64,000 bases of DNA. It comes from Azolla caroliniana (lineage: Eukaryota > Plantae > Polypodiophyta). Below, piece after piece: positions 49,833 through 63,250 of the stretch (position 1 is its first letter; every line of letters begins with the position of its first letter). Below the pieces are notes generated by a model, which saw only the letters and a program-made list of their open reading frames with translations, made no database searches and was not told the DNA's origin. A program made the position numbers and the translations under genes. The stretch covers positions 1,116,001 through 1,180,000 of the forward strand of contig JBHGNT010000016.1 in the NCBI GenBank assembly GCA_043228905.1, in the 5' to 3' direction.

Positions 49833-50107
49833 GAAAACAAATACAACAAGACGAAAAGCCCACGTTGTCTCTACTACAATGGCGACAATTCTATGGCAAG
49901 TGAAACAAACCCTCCAAGGTGGTGTAAGAGTAGGACACATACATGCAAAACACTACTCTGTGGATGAGTCGCAACAATAGCCAAATCCTTTTTTTGGGGT
50001 GAAAACACACAATTATATTAATAAAAGTGTGCGAAAAACACTACTTACAATGGATGTCACAATGGAGTACAATCACCCACTAACTACACTACATGGGTAG
50101 TGGAACA

Positions 50108-50307
50108 CATAGTATGTAATATAGTTGAATGCATTGGCAAACATTCTTTTTCGTATGAATGCAAACGAATGCGCATGTTATCAAAACATTCTTATGTTTT
50201 TTTACACTTTTACCTTAAATTTTTTTTTAACCTTATAATAAATAATGAATACAAAAGTGTGGTATTTACCATACTCAAATGCCAATGCACGTATGGTTCA
50301 TACTATG
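50108..50307. mobile_element. hAT-type MITE, copy 2
   Basis: Perfect 9-bp TIR CATAGTATG and perfect 8-bp TSD GTGGAACA. Confidence 0.9.
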
Positions 50308-50604
50308 GTGGAACATGTTGAATTGCTAATAGACAAGATGAACACTCCATTGAGGAAATAATTTCCACGTGCTCCAATAAAGAAAATTGCCACATTAATA
50401 CTCTCTTCAACTTTTGTAGATATGATTTCAACTTGTGTAATTTGGGCAAATACCCACTGTCTAGGCGTCAAATAACACTGTGATGAAACTTGCCAAATTT
50501 GAGAAATGTAACTCCAAATCTGACAAGCAATCCGACATTTTATAAACCGATGAGTACTCACACACACACACACACACACACACACCGACATTTTTATAAA
50601 CCGG

Positions 50605-53600
50605 TGTGAAATTTGTGTGAAACGAACAAAATCAAGAAGGTGTAATGTGTACTCAAACATTTGCAAATATAAGACTGAAGCCTAGTAATATTTTGAGCAT
50701 AGAAAGGGGTGCAAGCAAGGCTTGAACCTTGCACCTCCAAGATAAGAAACAAATTAACTTACCACTAAAGCCACTACCAAGTGCTTTAGAATTTATATAT
50801 TTTCTTTTCATATTCATTATTTTGTAGGAAGCAAACATATAGAAACCGGGGGCACAAAACCATGGTTTTAGCCCGTGGTTTTAGCCTATAGTTTTTGCAT
50901 GGAGAGACCTATAAAAGCTTGTAGTTGGGCTTGTGTAAGGGAGGCAAGTGATGTAAGTAAAAAAGAAACTTTTAATCAAAGATCTGAGTTATCCTAATGG
51001 TGATGTATCTTGTCTCGTAAAACTAAAGTCAAGGGTTCAATCTTTATCTCAATCTCTCTCAATCTCTCTTCATCCATCTATCTATCTTCAATACTTTCTC
51101 GCTTACGCTGCTAAAAACATCGAATCCTTCCGATCCAGGACGCCGGTGGTCCCGCTTCATTTTGTGAACATGCAAGGATTTCCTCGACATCTTACTTGGT
51201 CAACCGATACTTGGAGATGGCGTCCTCAAGCAATCAAGCGGGAGACTTCGAAATGATGATGCTGATTGTTGAACAAATGATGAGATCTCGAGACAACGAT
51301 GCGAGCGTGGAGAAGGCCGTCGACCGTGTCGTGGAGCTCGAGGGTCAATTTGACGGAAGGAACATTACAAAGTTCCTTGATGCATACAAAAGGGAGATGA
51401 ATCAGAGGGACATGTCTGAAGCGTGTCAAATCACAAGTTTCAAGAGAGTGGTCACCAACAACATTCAAAGGCGCGCCATCGAGCTTCAAGAAGGGAAGAC
51501 AACGTGGTCGGAGTTCAAGAAAGCAATATTAGCGGAGTTCGAGACGGAAGATTTGTCGAGGATGACTTGACATGCCTTGATGAAGTGGATAGAAAAGAAG
51601 AATAAGAGGATGAGCGCTTCGAGGGTGTAGGACGAGTTCGACCAAATGTTTCGTCGTCTCCCCGCCACGAACCAAGTGTTGCTTGAGGAGGACAAGACTT
51701 TGTACTTCTTGAAGGTTGTGGACATGAAGGATAGATGAAAGTTGGGGACTCTCCTCGAAGATGATACCCAAGCGAACGGGCTTGTGGCGAACTGGGTGGT
51801 TGCGGTGAAGCAAGCATGCAACAAGATCGACATGCGTCATCAATGGCTTGATGATATTGACTTGGTAAGACCAAGCGTAGAAAAATCAAAACCATCTAAA
51901 GAAGTCGAGATGCCTAAACAACGCATCCAACATGAAAAGAAGATTGATGATGACTCGAGGACGATGACGGTCATTTCAAAGGAGGACAAATGTTTTGGAA
52001 CATGCGTCGTGTGCGAAACAACAGATGATGGAGCAAACCAAATCGAAGCTTGCATTAAGGGAGATAAAGAGTGTGAGATCGACATGATGAAGGATCTCGC
52101 CACTAAAATCAACATCGAGGAGGCGACTATGAACAAGACAATAAGTGTTGACAATGATCACGACCAGATTTTCTCCACACATGTTCCGGATACTTAGGCA
52201 GTTGTGTCAAAGAGCCAACGTGAGACCCAAGAGACGGAAGGTGTCGGCGAGGAGCAGAAGGTCGAAAAGAATACATGTGACGAAGAGAGAAGCATAATCG
52301 AAGCTTGCTCAATCAAGAGGGTCAATGGGTACGAGGCCCATGAGATTGAAGAGATAGCCATAAGAAATGACATCAAGTCAGAGGTGGCTATGAAAGAATT
52401 AATGGCAGATGGCCACATCGAGGATTCCTTCACAGATGTTCCGGAGACTTGGGTAGTTGCAAAAAGCCAACATGAGACCCAAGAGATGGAAGGTGGTAGT
52501 AAGGCAAGATAGAGTGCACAAAAAAGAGGCCGAGCCAAGCACAGAAAGGGATGACAATGGCCAAGTGGGCCATGTGGATCCGAAGGATGTGGTCTCGACA
52601 TCTATTGTAGAGGACAATGGATGCGAAGCCTATGTAATGGTTGATGAGGAAGCCCCAAACGACAAGGTCAAGGAGGTGGGAGCGAACATCACAAGAAGGA
52701 TAGACAATGACGACGATCAAATTTTCTTTACACTTGTTCTAGAGACTTGGGCAGTTGCGTCTGAGAACCGATGTAAGACCCAAGAGATGGGAGGTGATGG
52801 CGAAGAACCGAAGGTCGAAGCTAATACATGCGACGAAGAGAGAAGCATAATAAAGGCTTGCTCAATAAAAAGGATCAATGGGTACGAGGCCCATGAGTTG
52901 GGCATTAATCGATGTAAGACCCAAGAGAAGGATAGTGACTGGGTTAAAGTTGATGTGTGCAACAAAGAGTTTGAGCAAAATATGACAAGGGATGGCGATG
53001 GCCAAGCGAGCCATGAGGATCCGAAGGATGTGATCAAAACATCTATCAAAGACACTATTGTGAAGATTGTCAACAATAACATGAGATTGTACCATGAAAG
53101 TGGACAAAGTTAGAAACATAGAGCATGGTTGCGTAAGGATCTCGAAGTGGGCATGCACTTGAAGGTACTGCATGGGGTAGTCAATATCATTATTCAGATA
53201 AAGGCTTGGGGAGAAAAACACAAAACAAAAATGTGTGACGGGTCAAAGTGCCTTGAGCAAGGAGACGATCGGGACAAAGGTGGAACATCCATAAAGCCTA
53301 AACGGATATGCTCGAAAGAAGAACAAGGGACCATGACAACCGGTCATGGTAAATCAAAGAATGAGCGAATGATATGGTGGATTGGGTGGCGACAATGGTT
53401 CGAGTGAAAGGAATAGACATGCTTGAAATGGAGGAATTGTAACGATCACCGTAGCTGAAATCTCACACTCTCTTTTCTTGGCACGTACCAGAGGACGTAC
53501 AATTTGGTGGGGGTGGATGTCATGAAGATTTTCGGCAACAGTGTGAAATTTGTGTGAAACGAACAAAATCAAGGTGTAATGTGTACTCAAACATTTGCAA

Positions 53601-54149
53601 ATATAAGACTAAAGCCTAGTAATATTTTGAGCATAGAAAGAGGTGCAAGCAAGGCTTGAACCTTGCACCTCCAAGATAAGAAACAAATTAACTTACCACT
53701 AAAGCCACTACTAAGTGCTTTAGAATTTGTATATTTTCTTTTTATATTCAATATTTTGTAGGAAGCAAACATATAGAAACCGGGGGCACAAAACTGTGGT
53801 TTTAGCCCATGGTTTCGGCTCGAGGTTTTAACCCATGGTTTTAGCCCATAGTTTTTGCATGGAGAGACCTATAAAAGCCTATAGTTGGGCTTGCGTAAGG
53901 GAGGCAAGTGATGTAAGTAAAAAAGAAACTTTTAATCAAAGATCTGAGTTATCCTAATGGTGATGTATCTTGTCTCGTAAAACTAAAGTCAAGGGTTCAA
54001 TCTTTATCTCAATCTCTCTCAATCTCTCTTCATCCATCTATCTATCTTCAATACTTTCTCGTTTACGTTGCTAAAAACATCGAATCCTTCCGGTCCAGGA
54101 CGTCGGTGGTTCCACTTCATTTCGTGAACACGCGAGGATTTCCTCAACA
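50605..54149 (+). mobile_element. Non-autonomous gag-only LTR element (TR-GAG-like) of the same gypsy lineage
   Basis: LTRs at 50605-51189 (5'-truncated by ~24 bp) and 53518-54149 (TGTCATGAAG.., after PPT GGTGGGGGTGGA). Internal gag AVDRVVELEGQFDGRNITKFL is homologous to the intact gypsy gag. No pol; several stops. Confidence 0.85.
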
Positions 54150-54719
54150 ACACAATCCCCAATATCTCAGAAATAGAAAAACGATCTCCATCTCTGATTT
54201 TGGGTAAACTTGTGTAAATTGTGCAAACACCCACTGTCTAGGTGTTAAATAACACCGTGATAAGACCTGCCAAATTTGAGAAATGTAACTCCAAATTTGA
54301 CAAACAATCGAACATTGTATAAATCGATGAGTACTATCTTCCATTTGTACAATGCAAAAGAAACAATTACCCATTGCTAATCCATGACACTTTAGAGCTA
54401 ATCCCAAAGGCAATCCTCCAATGAAAACTCTCCAAATGAAGACCTTTGCTACAAGTGGCAATTTAGAATGCCAACTACGTTGTAAGATCTGCCACCACCC
54501 ATGATCAGATTTGTGTAATCTTCATTCTTCTTCAGCCTTAGATGATAACCATCCAAGAGACTCAACAGAGAAATGATACAAAAGAATTAGTAGTCACTTG
54601 TAACAATGACGTTTGCCAATCAATCCACGGTTGTTCTCTTGTATGTATAGGTAAGGGACCTTGCATCAATGCAATATTTTGTAGTTGTTGCCAAATAAAC
54701 CCATAATTAGGCGAAATGA

Positions 54720-54720
<1 letters not shown>
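54150..54720 (-). mobile_element. L1 zf-RVT fragment
   Basis: KVFIWRVF..GLP..CFFC..EDSTHRFIQC..IW; partial copies also at ~50430-50558 and ~55210-55274. Confidence 0.78.
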
Positions 54721-54779
<59 letters not shown>

Positions 54780-54839
54780 GACTTTGCATCAATGCAATAT
54801 TTTGTAGTTGTTGCCAAATAAACCCATAATTAGGCGGAA

Positions 54840-54918
<79 letters not shown>

Positions 54919-54978
54919 GACTTTGCATCAATGCAATATTTTGTAGTTGTTGCCAAATAAACCCATAATTAGGCGGAA

Positions 54979-55056
<78 letters not shown>
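54653..55056. repeat. Triplicated ~65-bp unit, each followed by a compound (CT)n(AT)n microsatellite
   Basis: AAGGACTTTGCATCAATGCAATATTTTG..GGCGGAATGA-(CT)n(AT)n occurs three times. Confidence 0.92.
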
Positions 55057-55060
<4 letters not shown>

Positions 55061-55304
55061 AATTACCTTACCTTAGCAGTAAGTTGTTACACTACGTCTT
55101 GTAGTGTCTAACCTCTCTATTGCAATTTGCATACTTTATTCATATCTCTAAATTCATCTCTCTTTGTCTCTCTCTCCCTACGCGTCTTTCACATACACTT
55201 ACACACACAATTTTGAGAAATGTAACTCCAATATCTGACAAGCAATCAGACATTGTATAAACCGATGAGTACTCACACACACACACACACACTCACTCAC
55301 TCAC

Positions 55305-55362
<58 letters not shown>

Positions 55363-55466
55363 ATAATTACCTTACCTTAGTGGTAAGTTGTTACACTACA
55401 AGCACTACGTCTTGTACTGTGTCACCTCTGTATTGCAATTTGCATACTTTATTCATATCTCTTAAT

Positions 55467-55500
<34 letters not shown>

Positions 55501-55753
55501 GTGTCTTTCACACGCACTTACACACATTCTGGCTGGGATGGGACGGGGTGGGGTGGGGTGGACCTTGGGTTTCATATAATTTCCAAGGAACCAACCCACC
55601 ACATAAAGAAACACAACAGTTCCTCTATTTTTTTTTTGGTGCCATAAATACAAATAATGTCCCACAATTTCCCCTCATGCAAAGAATTAAAAAACCAGAC
55701 AGATTTCCTACATACTTCATACATACACACTTTCAGCGGAAAACCTCTTCTGC

Positions 55754-57990
55754 ATGGTCATGTCCATGGCGATGGAAGCTTCTGCCCTGCCTCCTCCTCT
55801 AACTCTGGCAAACTGCATATTCATACCTCTCATCCTGGTCATGTCTTTCTCCCTCTTCCCCTCTCCTCTTCAAACATTCCTTCACTCCCTGCTCTTCAGA
55901 GGCAAGCGAGTTATATCATCACCATCCCCATTTCTTGTAAGTATCCACATACACATGCATGTAAAAGAAATGTGCACACACATCAATCCAGCTCTACTTC
56001 TATTCTTTTTCTTTTTCTTTTTACTGTTTTGGTTCAGAGGTTTCTTATTATGTTAAAATGGCAAGTTACCATTTTTTTGGAAACATATTTGTTTTGTCAT
56101 TTTCGGAGAGGTTCCTCTCTATCATTTTAGAGAGGTATTTCACTGTTTTAAAGAGACTCTTCTCCCATCACTTCGGAGAGTTGTGGTTTTACCATCTAAT
56201 TGTAAAAGGTGTCTTCAGCATTTAAATTACAGAGAGGAAACCTACCGTTTCTGTTGTGATATATGTGTGGAAGTATTTGAAGTGGATGATAATGTTCTGA
56301 CTTGCATTTGGTTGAGGGTAAACATGAATGCGTGTGTCTGTTTATGCAGAGGCTAACAGTTCCACAGAGCTTCTTTATACACTTCTACATACTGGGGACA
56401 TTTTTCAATAGCTTGCTTATCTTGATGATTCTTTCCTACATATTTTGTATGCCTTCCTTCATGGGAGAGTTTAAGATGGGAGGGAAAGAAGCATGGAGAT
56501 CTCTTGTATTGCTGTTCCTCTTAGAGCTGCAAGTTTTGAGAAGGCTCTACGAGAACTTATTCCTCACAAACTTCAGCCCATATGCGAGAATGCACATTCT
56601 CACTTATCTCTTTGGCATATTGTGAGTTAAAAGTGCTGCTCAACCTTTGCTTTTTTAAACTCATCACAGCAACATAAAGTTTATATGCATTACTAATCCT
56701 GTGTTTTTGTTCGTTTCATGGCTATAATGTTGGTCTTTCAAAAATCTAATTTCGAGTCATTATGATAAGTGATGCCGTGCGTGCACGAGGTGTGTGTGTG
56801 AGGGCCATCTTATTGAGGCCTTTATCTTCATTGCTAATGTTTGTTTTATGCATAGATATTACATCTTGGCGCCTTTATCATTGTTTCCAAGGGCAGAGGA
56901 ATTTCTCGTAAAAACATCACGAGGGCTAAAATCCTGTAGGCGTGAGGAATTTCACATCAATATGGAGGCATGGAAACCCTTTCTTGAAATAGGCTGGCTT
57001 TATTGGTTAGGTGGTGCTATGTTTATCTGGGGTTGGATTCATCAGTCTCGGTGTCATATGATCTTGGTAAGTCTCAATGAGCATAAAAAAATCTTTCTCC
57101 TGTATTAAATGTCAACATAATGGTTTCTAAATCCTCATTCCAGGCTTCCTTAAGATCAAAGAGTAAAGAAGATCGTGATGCTTACAAGATACCATATGGT
57201 GATTGGTTCGAATATGTCTCATCAGCACATTACTTTGCAGAGTTTGTAAGTATTGTGCAAGTCGACAATTTGCATATACATGTAGAAAGTAGAATGTCAT
57301 CAATCTGTCCCATCAGCATGTCATTACTTTGCAGAGTTGAAGAGTCACATGTACATGTAGAATGTAGAATGTCATTAATCCAGTTTTCTTTTCAAGGGGA
57401 TGCATGTAGTAGATGCCATTTTGTAGAGTTTGTATGCATGATTAAGTGAATAGAATGGGTCTTGATATCTTGTTTCAAGTAGAATGCATTTAGTACATTT
57501 CTGACATTATTGTTTTTGTCAAGTTTCTTTCAATATAAATCTTTATGATTTTTTCATCCACATTGTGACCTTAAATCGGTCATGTGTATCTGCAGCTTTA
57601 CATTGATGTTTTGCATACATATGGCATCATTTATAATGGTTCATATGGATGTGTGTTGCTATGAGCAAATTTGGCACCCACAGTAAATTGTCATTTTTGT
57701 GTCATTTTTGTAGGTAATGTATTTCAGCTTTGTTGTCGCAACGGGGGGGCAGAACATCGATACTTGGCTCTTATTTGCGGTTGTTGTAAGTTTGTTCTCT
57801 CCTGTTGAATATTTTTAGTTTGAACTCCATATTTCTTTTGTTTTCTCTCTAGTCTGAAACAAAGTGCTCTCTGATGTGCTTACAGGTTCTAAACCTTTGG
57901 ATTGTTGCCATTGATACACACAAATGGTACAAAGCAAAGTTTGAAGACTATCCTTTATCTCGTAAAGCAATCATACCTTTCATATATTGA
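55754..57990 (+). CDS. Polyprenol reductase / 3-oxo-5-alpha-steroid 4-dehydrogenase family, copy 2 (full length)
   Basis: Exons 55754-55936, 56350-56621, 56856-57066, 57144-57245, 57714-57785, 57886-57990, with the same motifs as copy 1. Four candidate ATGs at 55754-55772. Confidence 0.92.
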
Positions 57991-58440
57991 CTTAAGTTAG
58001 CGTTGTCCTTGAACATTTATGTTTCCATTTCAAATTGTTTCATGAGACTCTTGAATCACGTCTATCAAAATTTCCGAAGACATTAACTGAACAGTGTTTC
58101 TCATGGTTTAAATCGATGTTCGACACACAATTCTTTGTTGTTACTGCTTTTCAAAGAACAAATTTGAAAGCAAAAATGTATTTGTGGATGAGAGGTTGCA
58201 TTCTTCAATGTCGCAATTTAAAAATAGCCAGAAAGTGGGCCAAGTCATAATGTATTGGTCAAAATCAATTATCCAAGTCAACTGTGGAAAGGCAATGCCA
58301 ACAAATCCATGTGATGACGTGCAAAATGCAACAGAATAGAGACAGAACAATTCCATGTGATGACATAAATGGAGATTTTCCCAATAAATTTGAAATAATT
58401 CCCAAATAATCCATATTGTCAAACATCATCATAAAAAATC

Positions 58441-58720
58441 GAGAAAAGTACTAGGATACCCTTGGAAGTTCGTCTATTTACCAGAATGCCTTTGGAAGTT
58501 TCAAATTTACCAAACTACCCCTATGTCCAAAAAATTACACTTTATAGAGTAATTATACACTCAAATCTACAAGTCCTATTTACCAAAGATTTGAGTGTAT
58601 AATTATTTTATATTAATAAAGTGTAATTTTTTGGGCATAGGGGTAGTTTGGTAAATTTGGAACTTCCAAGGGCATTTTGGTAAATAGACGAACTTCCATG
58701 GGTATCCTAGTACTTTTCCC
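58441..58720. mobile_element. Mutator-type foldback MITE
   Basis: About 125-bp near-perfect inverted arms (GAGAAAAGTACTAGGATACCC.. / ..GGGTATCCTAGTACTTTTCCC) with an 18-nt loop; 9-bp TSD TAAAAAATC/TAAAAAATT. Confidence 0.9.
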
Positions 58721-60288
58721 TAAAAAATTTCGTAGCTAGTTTTTACATAATCCATTCACATGAGCAAATACCAACCTTATTTATATTGAAATTAACCTAG
58801 TTAACATAACAACAATGAGGAAGCTCATTAAATTTTAATATTATTTTCATAGCATAATCATAGTTTCACAACCAAGAACAAATTTAGAAAAAATAGCACC
58901 CTTGCTATATATCTATTAATTTCAGATTCTCTTTTCAAACCTTCCACTCTGTCTCCTAATCATACATCATTGTTAGATGTGTTTGGATTCCATATGGATC
59001 ATGATTCATATTCTTGCACTACCTCACATATCAAACTTCAATGAGCACAATTCTTACCACTATTTAAAGCAGCCATACACCTTTGAATACCAAGAGAAAC
59101 ATTTGCACCGTTAAGTTATTTTGGTTGCAACAACAAATTTTGCTTTTTGAGCCAAATTGACATCTGAAATATGACAATCTTGATATATTGAAAGGGTTTG
59201 CATTGTCACCTCTAGATGAATCGTAACTGTTTTTGGATGGGTCTTTGCCGTATGACAGAAAGTTATTTGACAAGCCATGCAACTTACAGCCATTGATCGA
59301 GCAAACTACACATCGCCATGGATCCAAAGTTTCAGTTGAGACTTTCACAAAATTTACTGCAATCCAAAGGGGACAAAAAATACACATCAATCTTGTAGTT
59401 GAAGAATTTATATTCCAAACTGCAAGCTCTTGGCACTAGATAGAGATTATTGAGAAACTTCTTGTAGTCAAAAGAACTCATACATCAATCAAGGGCAAGA
59501 TTCTTGGCAGCTCCTAGAGTTACTAGTGCATGACCAAACTTATAAGGATTGTCATGCATCATTGATTTTTTTTTCACCTAGCTCATCATACTTGAGTTCC
59601 TCAAATCATTAGGGAAGACAACAATAGGGTTATTATATTTGAGTCTTTAGGCACAATAGTTCACGCTATTCATATTATTTGGATAGATCAGTAACAAAGA
59701 ATGTGTACTTTTATTTCATAAACAATAATGTACTAATTACAATGTGTAGAAATACAATTGATAGGGAAGCAAATCCTATCAACCCATCAGGGACTCCCTT
59801 ATGACACTGATCTGATTACATACTAAAGGAAAAGTGAACATAAACTTTTATCTCTTGTGAGGCCTTTTGCTGACGCTACCATTGCTGCCCTTATTATTAG
59901 TTCATTCGTCATGTCAGAGGGTTTATATCTTGGTCCATCTATCTCAATATAACATTTGCAACCTAAATCAGAAAATATTGACAAACTTACAAGTGCACAA
60001 ATTAACTTTAAAATTTGGGCATAATACCTTGATATATAAACATTGCTTCACAGATGTTACAATCTATATCAATGCAGTAAAATAATCAATTATGTGAAAA
60101 ACTAAATGTTTTCAATAACAGACAGGTAAACCTTACAGGAATATATGACACAATACCAACATAAAGCAGTTACATATAAAAACTCTTGAGATATACACAA
60201 CATAAATGATATTATGCGACCAGGAAAAGACTCATCCTTTGAGAAAATCTGGCGTTGAAGTGGTATTTCGATACCCATAAGAACTCAA

Positions 60289-63106
60289 TCACAGGCATGA
60301 AATTTCATCCTTTAAAAAAATCTGAAGTTGAGGCGCTTCTGTCGAGAACTCAACCACATCTCCAAACCCAACACTGAAATAAAGATGTGATCCATCAACA
60401 TAAGCATCCCCTTGTCTGCTACTGAACTTAACACGCAGGAATTCATCCTCTCTAATAAACTTATGCATGTAAGGTTGATGCAATGGATGAGGGTTGATAG
60501 GCTCTCTGACCATATACTGTAAATCTGTAGATGAAGATGTCATAATACATCCACCAGCAGAATGCATAGCAGCAGTAGATCCAATTGCTGTGCATACACG
60601 TAATCCACTTGATCGAGCATGAACTAGTGGCGACATAGGCTTTTCAGAACCCCTTTTGTATGCTCTATAACATTAAGTAAAGAGAGCATGTTTACCGGAA
60701 ACTAGGCACAAAACAAAAAAGGCAAAACAATTGGAGCACATCACATCCTGCAGAAATACCTTAATGAGCATCTTGTTACAGCAGCAGGATTAGGATGCGC
60801 AAGTAGAACATCATTCAAGGCATACATACGCAATGGCTGCCCATTAATACATGTGAGTATTCTTCTTACATGTAAAGGATGTATATTCCCTTCGATAATT
60901 TCCTGCAAAACCTTTTGAAAAACACGTATGCTGGCGTTAAATAATAAAATTGATAAAAATTTCTTGATCTGTGAATTTGTACCATGCCAGCACTGTAGTC
61001 TAGGTATTTATTTTACTTGTTCAAAGGTGTCTTTTGTTGCAGCACATAAGTAGCCAGCACTTCGTGTTGCATCATACTCTTCAAGTTTTTCCTCTACCTG
61101 GAAGAATAATTACTAATATATTTCAATTTAAAACCACGTGCATTGAATGCATCAAGAGATATTGTACCGAGAAGAGCACAGTAAGTGTTTGTAAGTCATT
61201 TTATCAATATCAATCAATTCTTGTATCAGATCATATAAGAGAGAGATGTAGACATGATCATCACAACAGTTCTAAATACTAAAAAGTAGGGCAAAATAGG
61301 GACAAGTCAGAACACAAAACAATCGCGAAAGCACATAAGATCGTATTAGAGATATATAATCTCCTCGATTATTCTACTGCTTAAAGGGAGAAACCCGGCG
61401 TAAGAAATTAAGTAAGATAACTTTATAGGTATGATCTAAAAGAAAACAAAATCACATAAGAGTAAGACAAACGTAAATAGCTATTCAAAAAACAAAATTG
61501 TGGGTACATATGATGAGCAATCTTCCAAACAAGCATATGGGAAATGAAGAATAACTGCTTCACCTCATTCCATTGGGTTGGATCTGAATTAACTCCAAGG
61601 ACAGGAATTGAACTGTCCAGGAAATGGCTGGCTTCCAATAGAGTCCCATCACCACCAACAGTGATAACAAGATCAACATCCTTGATGGGTTCTCGCAGCT
61701 CATCCCGAAAAATAAGCTTCAATGAAATATTCCTACTTTCAAGGACATCCTTACACTTTTGAGCTGCAGCCTCGTGGATTATATGTCGATCTTGAAGGTT
61801 GCTCTCTGTCTAGCAAAAATGTTGAAAAAAATTAAATGTGTATTGAAAGGTTCAAATGGTCTAGGAAATTTTCTCAAACAAAATTTGTATGTAAGCTTGA
61901 AAAATGGCTGTATATCCATTAATCAACAAATGAAAATAAAATCATCATCACTGAATATGAATGTTTCATTCCATGTTGAAGTAATTGGAAAATACAAACT
62001 CAAAACAAAAAAACGCCCAAAGTTGTCAGGAAAGTGACAACCAACTGTGTGCTTCACGTTTTTGCTTATAGACCAAAAAATAGCTACACAATTTAAAAGA
62101 ATCAGCTGGCAAATAGAACAGTCAGAATGATATGCAATAGATCGATTTATTGCAAAATACAAACTCAAAACAAAAAACAAGTTATGCACATCGATAGATT
62201 CCATAGACAAGAAGAAAACCCAAAGTTGTCAAGAATGTTATAGACAGTTGTGTGCTTCACCTTTTTTCTCATAGAACAAAAAACTGCCACATATTTTAAA
62301 GAATCAGATGGCAAATAGAATAGTTCGAACGATATACAAGAGACCAATTGATTCTCCACAACAGAAGACACCATGGAGATATGTATTCTTAAATGTTAAT
62401 AAATAGTATCAAAATGTAAACTAAACATATGCTTCAATTATTATCTCTCAAGGTATAACCAGATATTTTGTTGGACAATAATCAACAAAGAACATAAAAC
62501 ATAAAACACATAAGCTCTGAAACCATAACCTAGAAATATAAAGTCAGATGCTTCTATATTTGGTAAACACCAATACTATGAGAACTGATTTATTTCCAGC
62601 TTCCAGATTCATTTATTAACAAAATGCACTCAACGTGTGGGAAGAATGCTCTGTAATTGATCGAATCGTTAACCAAAATATGGCTCCTATATAACAGCAA
62701 ATATGTGAACGAAAATTAATGGAATTTATATATACAAAATACATGAATTCTATGTTTTCTAGTCTAACAGGTTTGTGATAAGAAAACATGCAATCAATTT
62801 ACAATCCGAATTCAGACTCTCCATACAAGAACGTGATCAAAGAAAATCAATCAAATTGTATTTATCTGTCGAGTATTTAGATTGTCATAATTAAACTTTT
62901 ACATTTTTGTAGGCGTCGATTGAAAACCCAAAAAACAAATTTGCCGAATTCAACGGCTTATACTATAACAAGGAACAATGTATGAGAAGGGGAAGAAGAA
63001 GAAGAAGATTGTTTACCTGGTGCAGAGCGGTAATGGAGGATTCGTTGTGGCGCTTAATGTAGAGATCGTAGGCACTCCGCTTCAGAAGGAGGAGAACGCG
63101 ACGCAT
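60289..63106 (-). CDS. NADK3: NADH kinase (NADK3-like), 5 exons
   Basis: Exons 63106-63017, 61809-61564, 61097-61017, 60911-60760, 60664-60289. Motifs VGGDGTLL, PVLGVNSDP, RSAGYLCA, ALNDVLLAHP, RSSGLRVCTAIGSTAAM; C-terminus ..SCL. Confidence 0.93.
61989..62340. repeat. About 166-bp diverged tandem duplication in NADK3 intron 1
   Basis: AAATACAAACTCAAAACAAAAAA..GGCAAATAGAA repeated at 61989 and 62155. Confidence 0.75.
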
Positions 63107-63250
63107 CACAGAAGCAACCAGAGTTTTCTAGACAGGATTTTAAGGCTGTGTTACCAGACAGATTGTTTTAGTTAGGGCTTTGTTCTTTGAAAATTGACAG
63201 GGGGGTTTAGGGCTTTGTTACTTTGAAATTTGACAGGGCTTCTTCAAGAG

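Noticed and set aside
58141-60085. Short ORFs between the reductase and NADK3, and other ORFs under 110 aa in AT-rich DNA
   Set aside because: No motifs or splice-supported structure; consistent with UTR or intergenic sequence.
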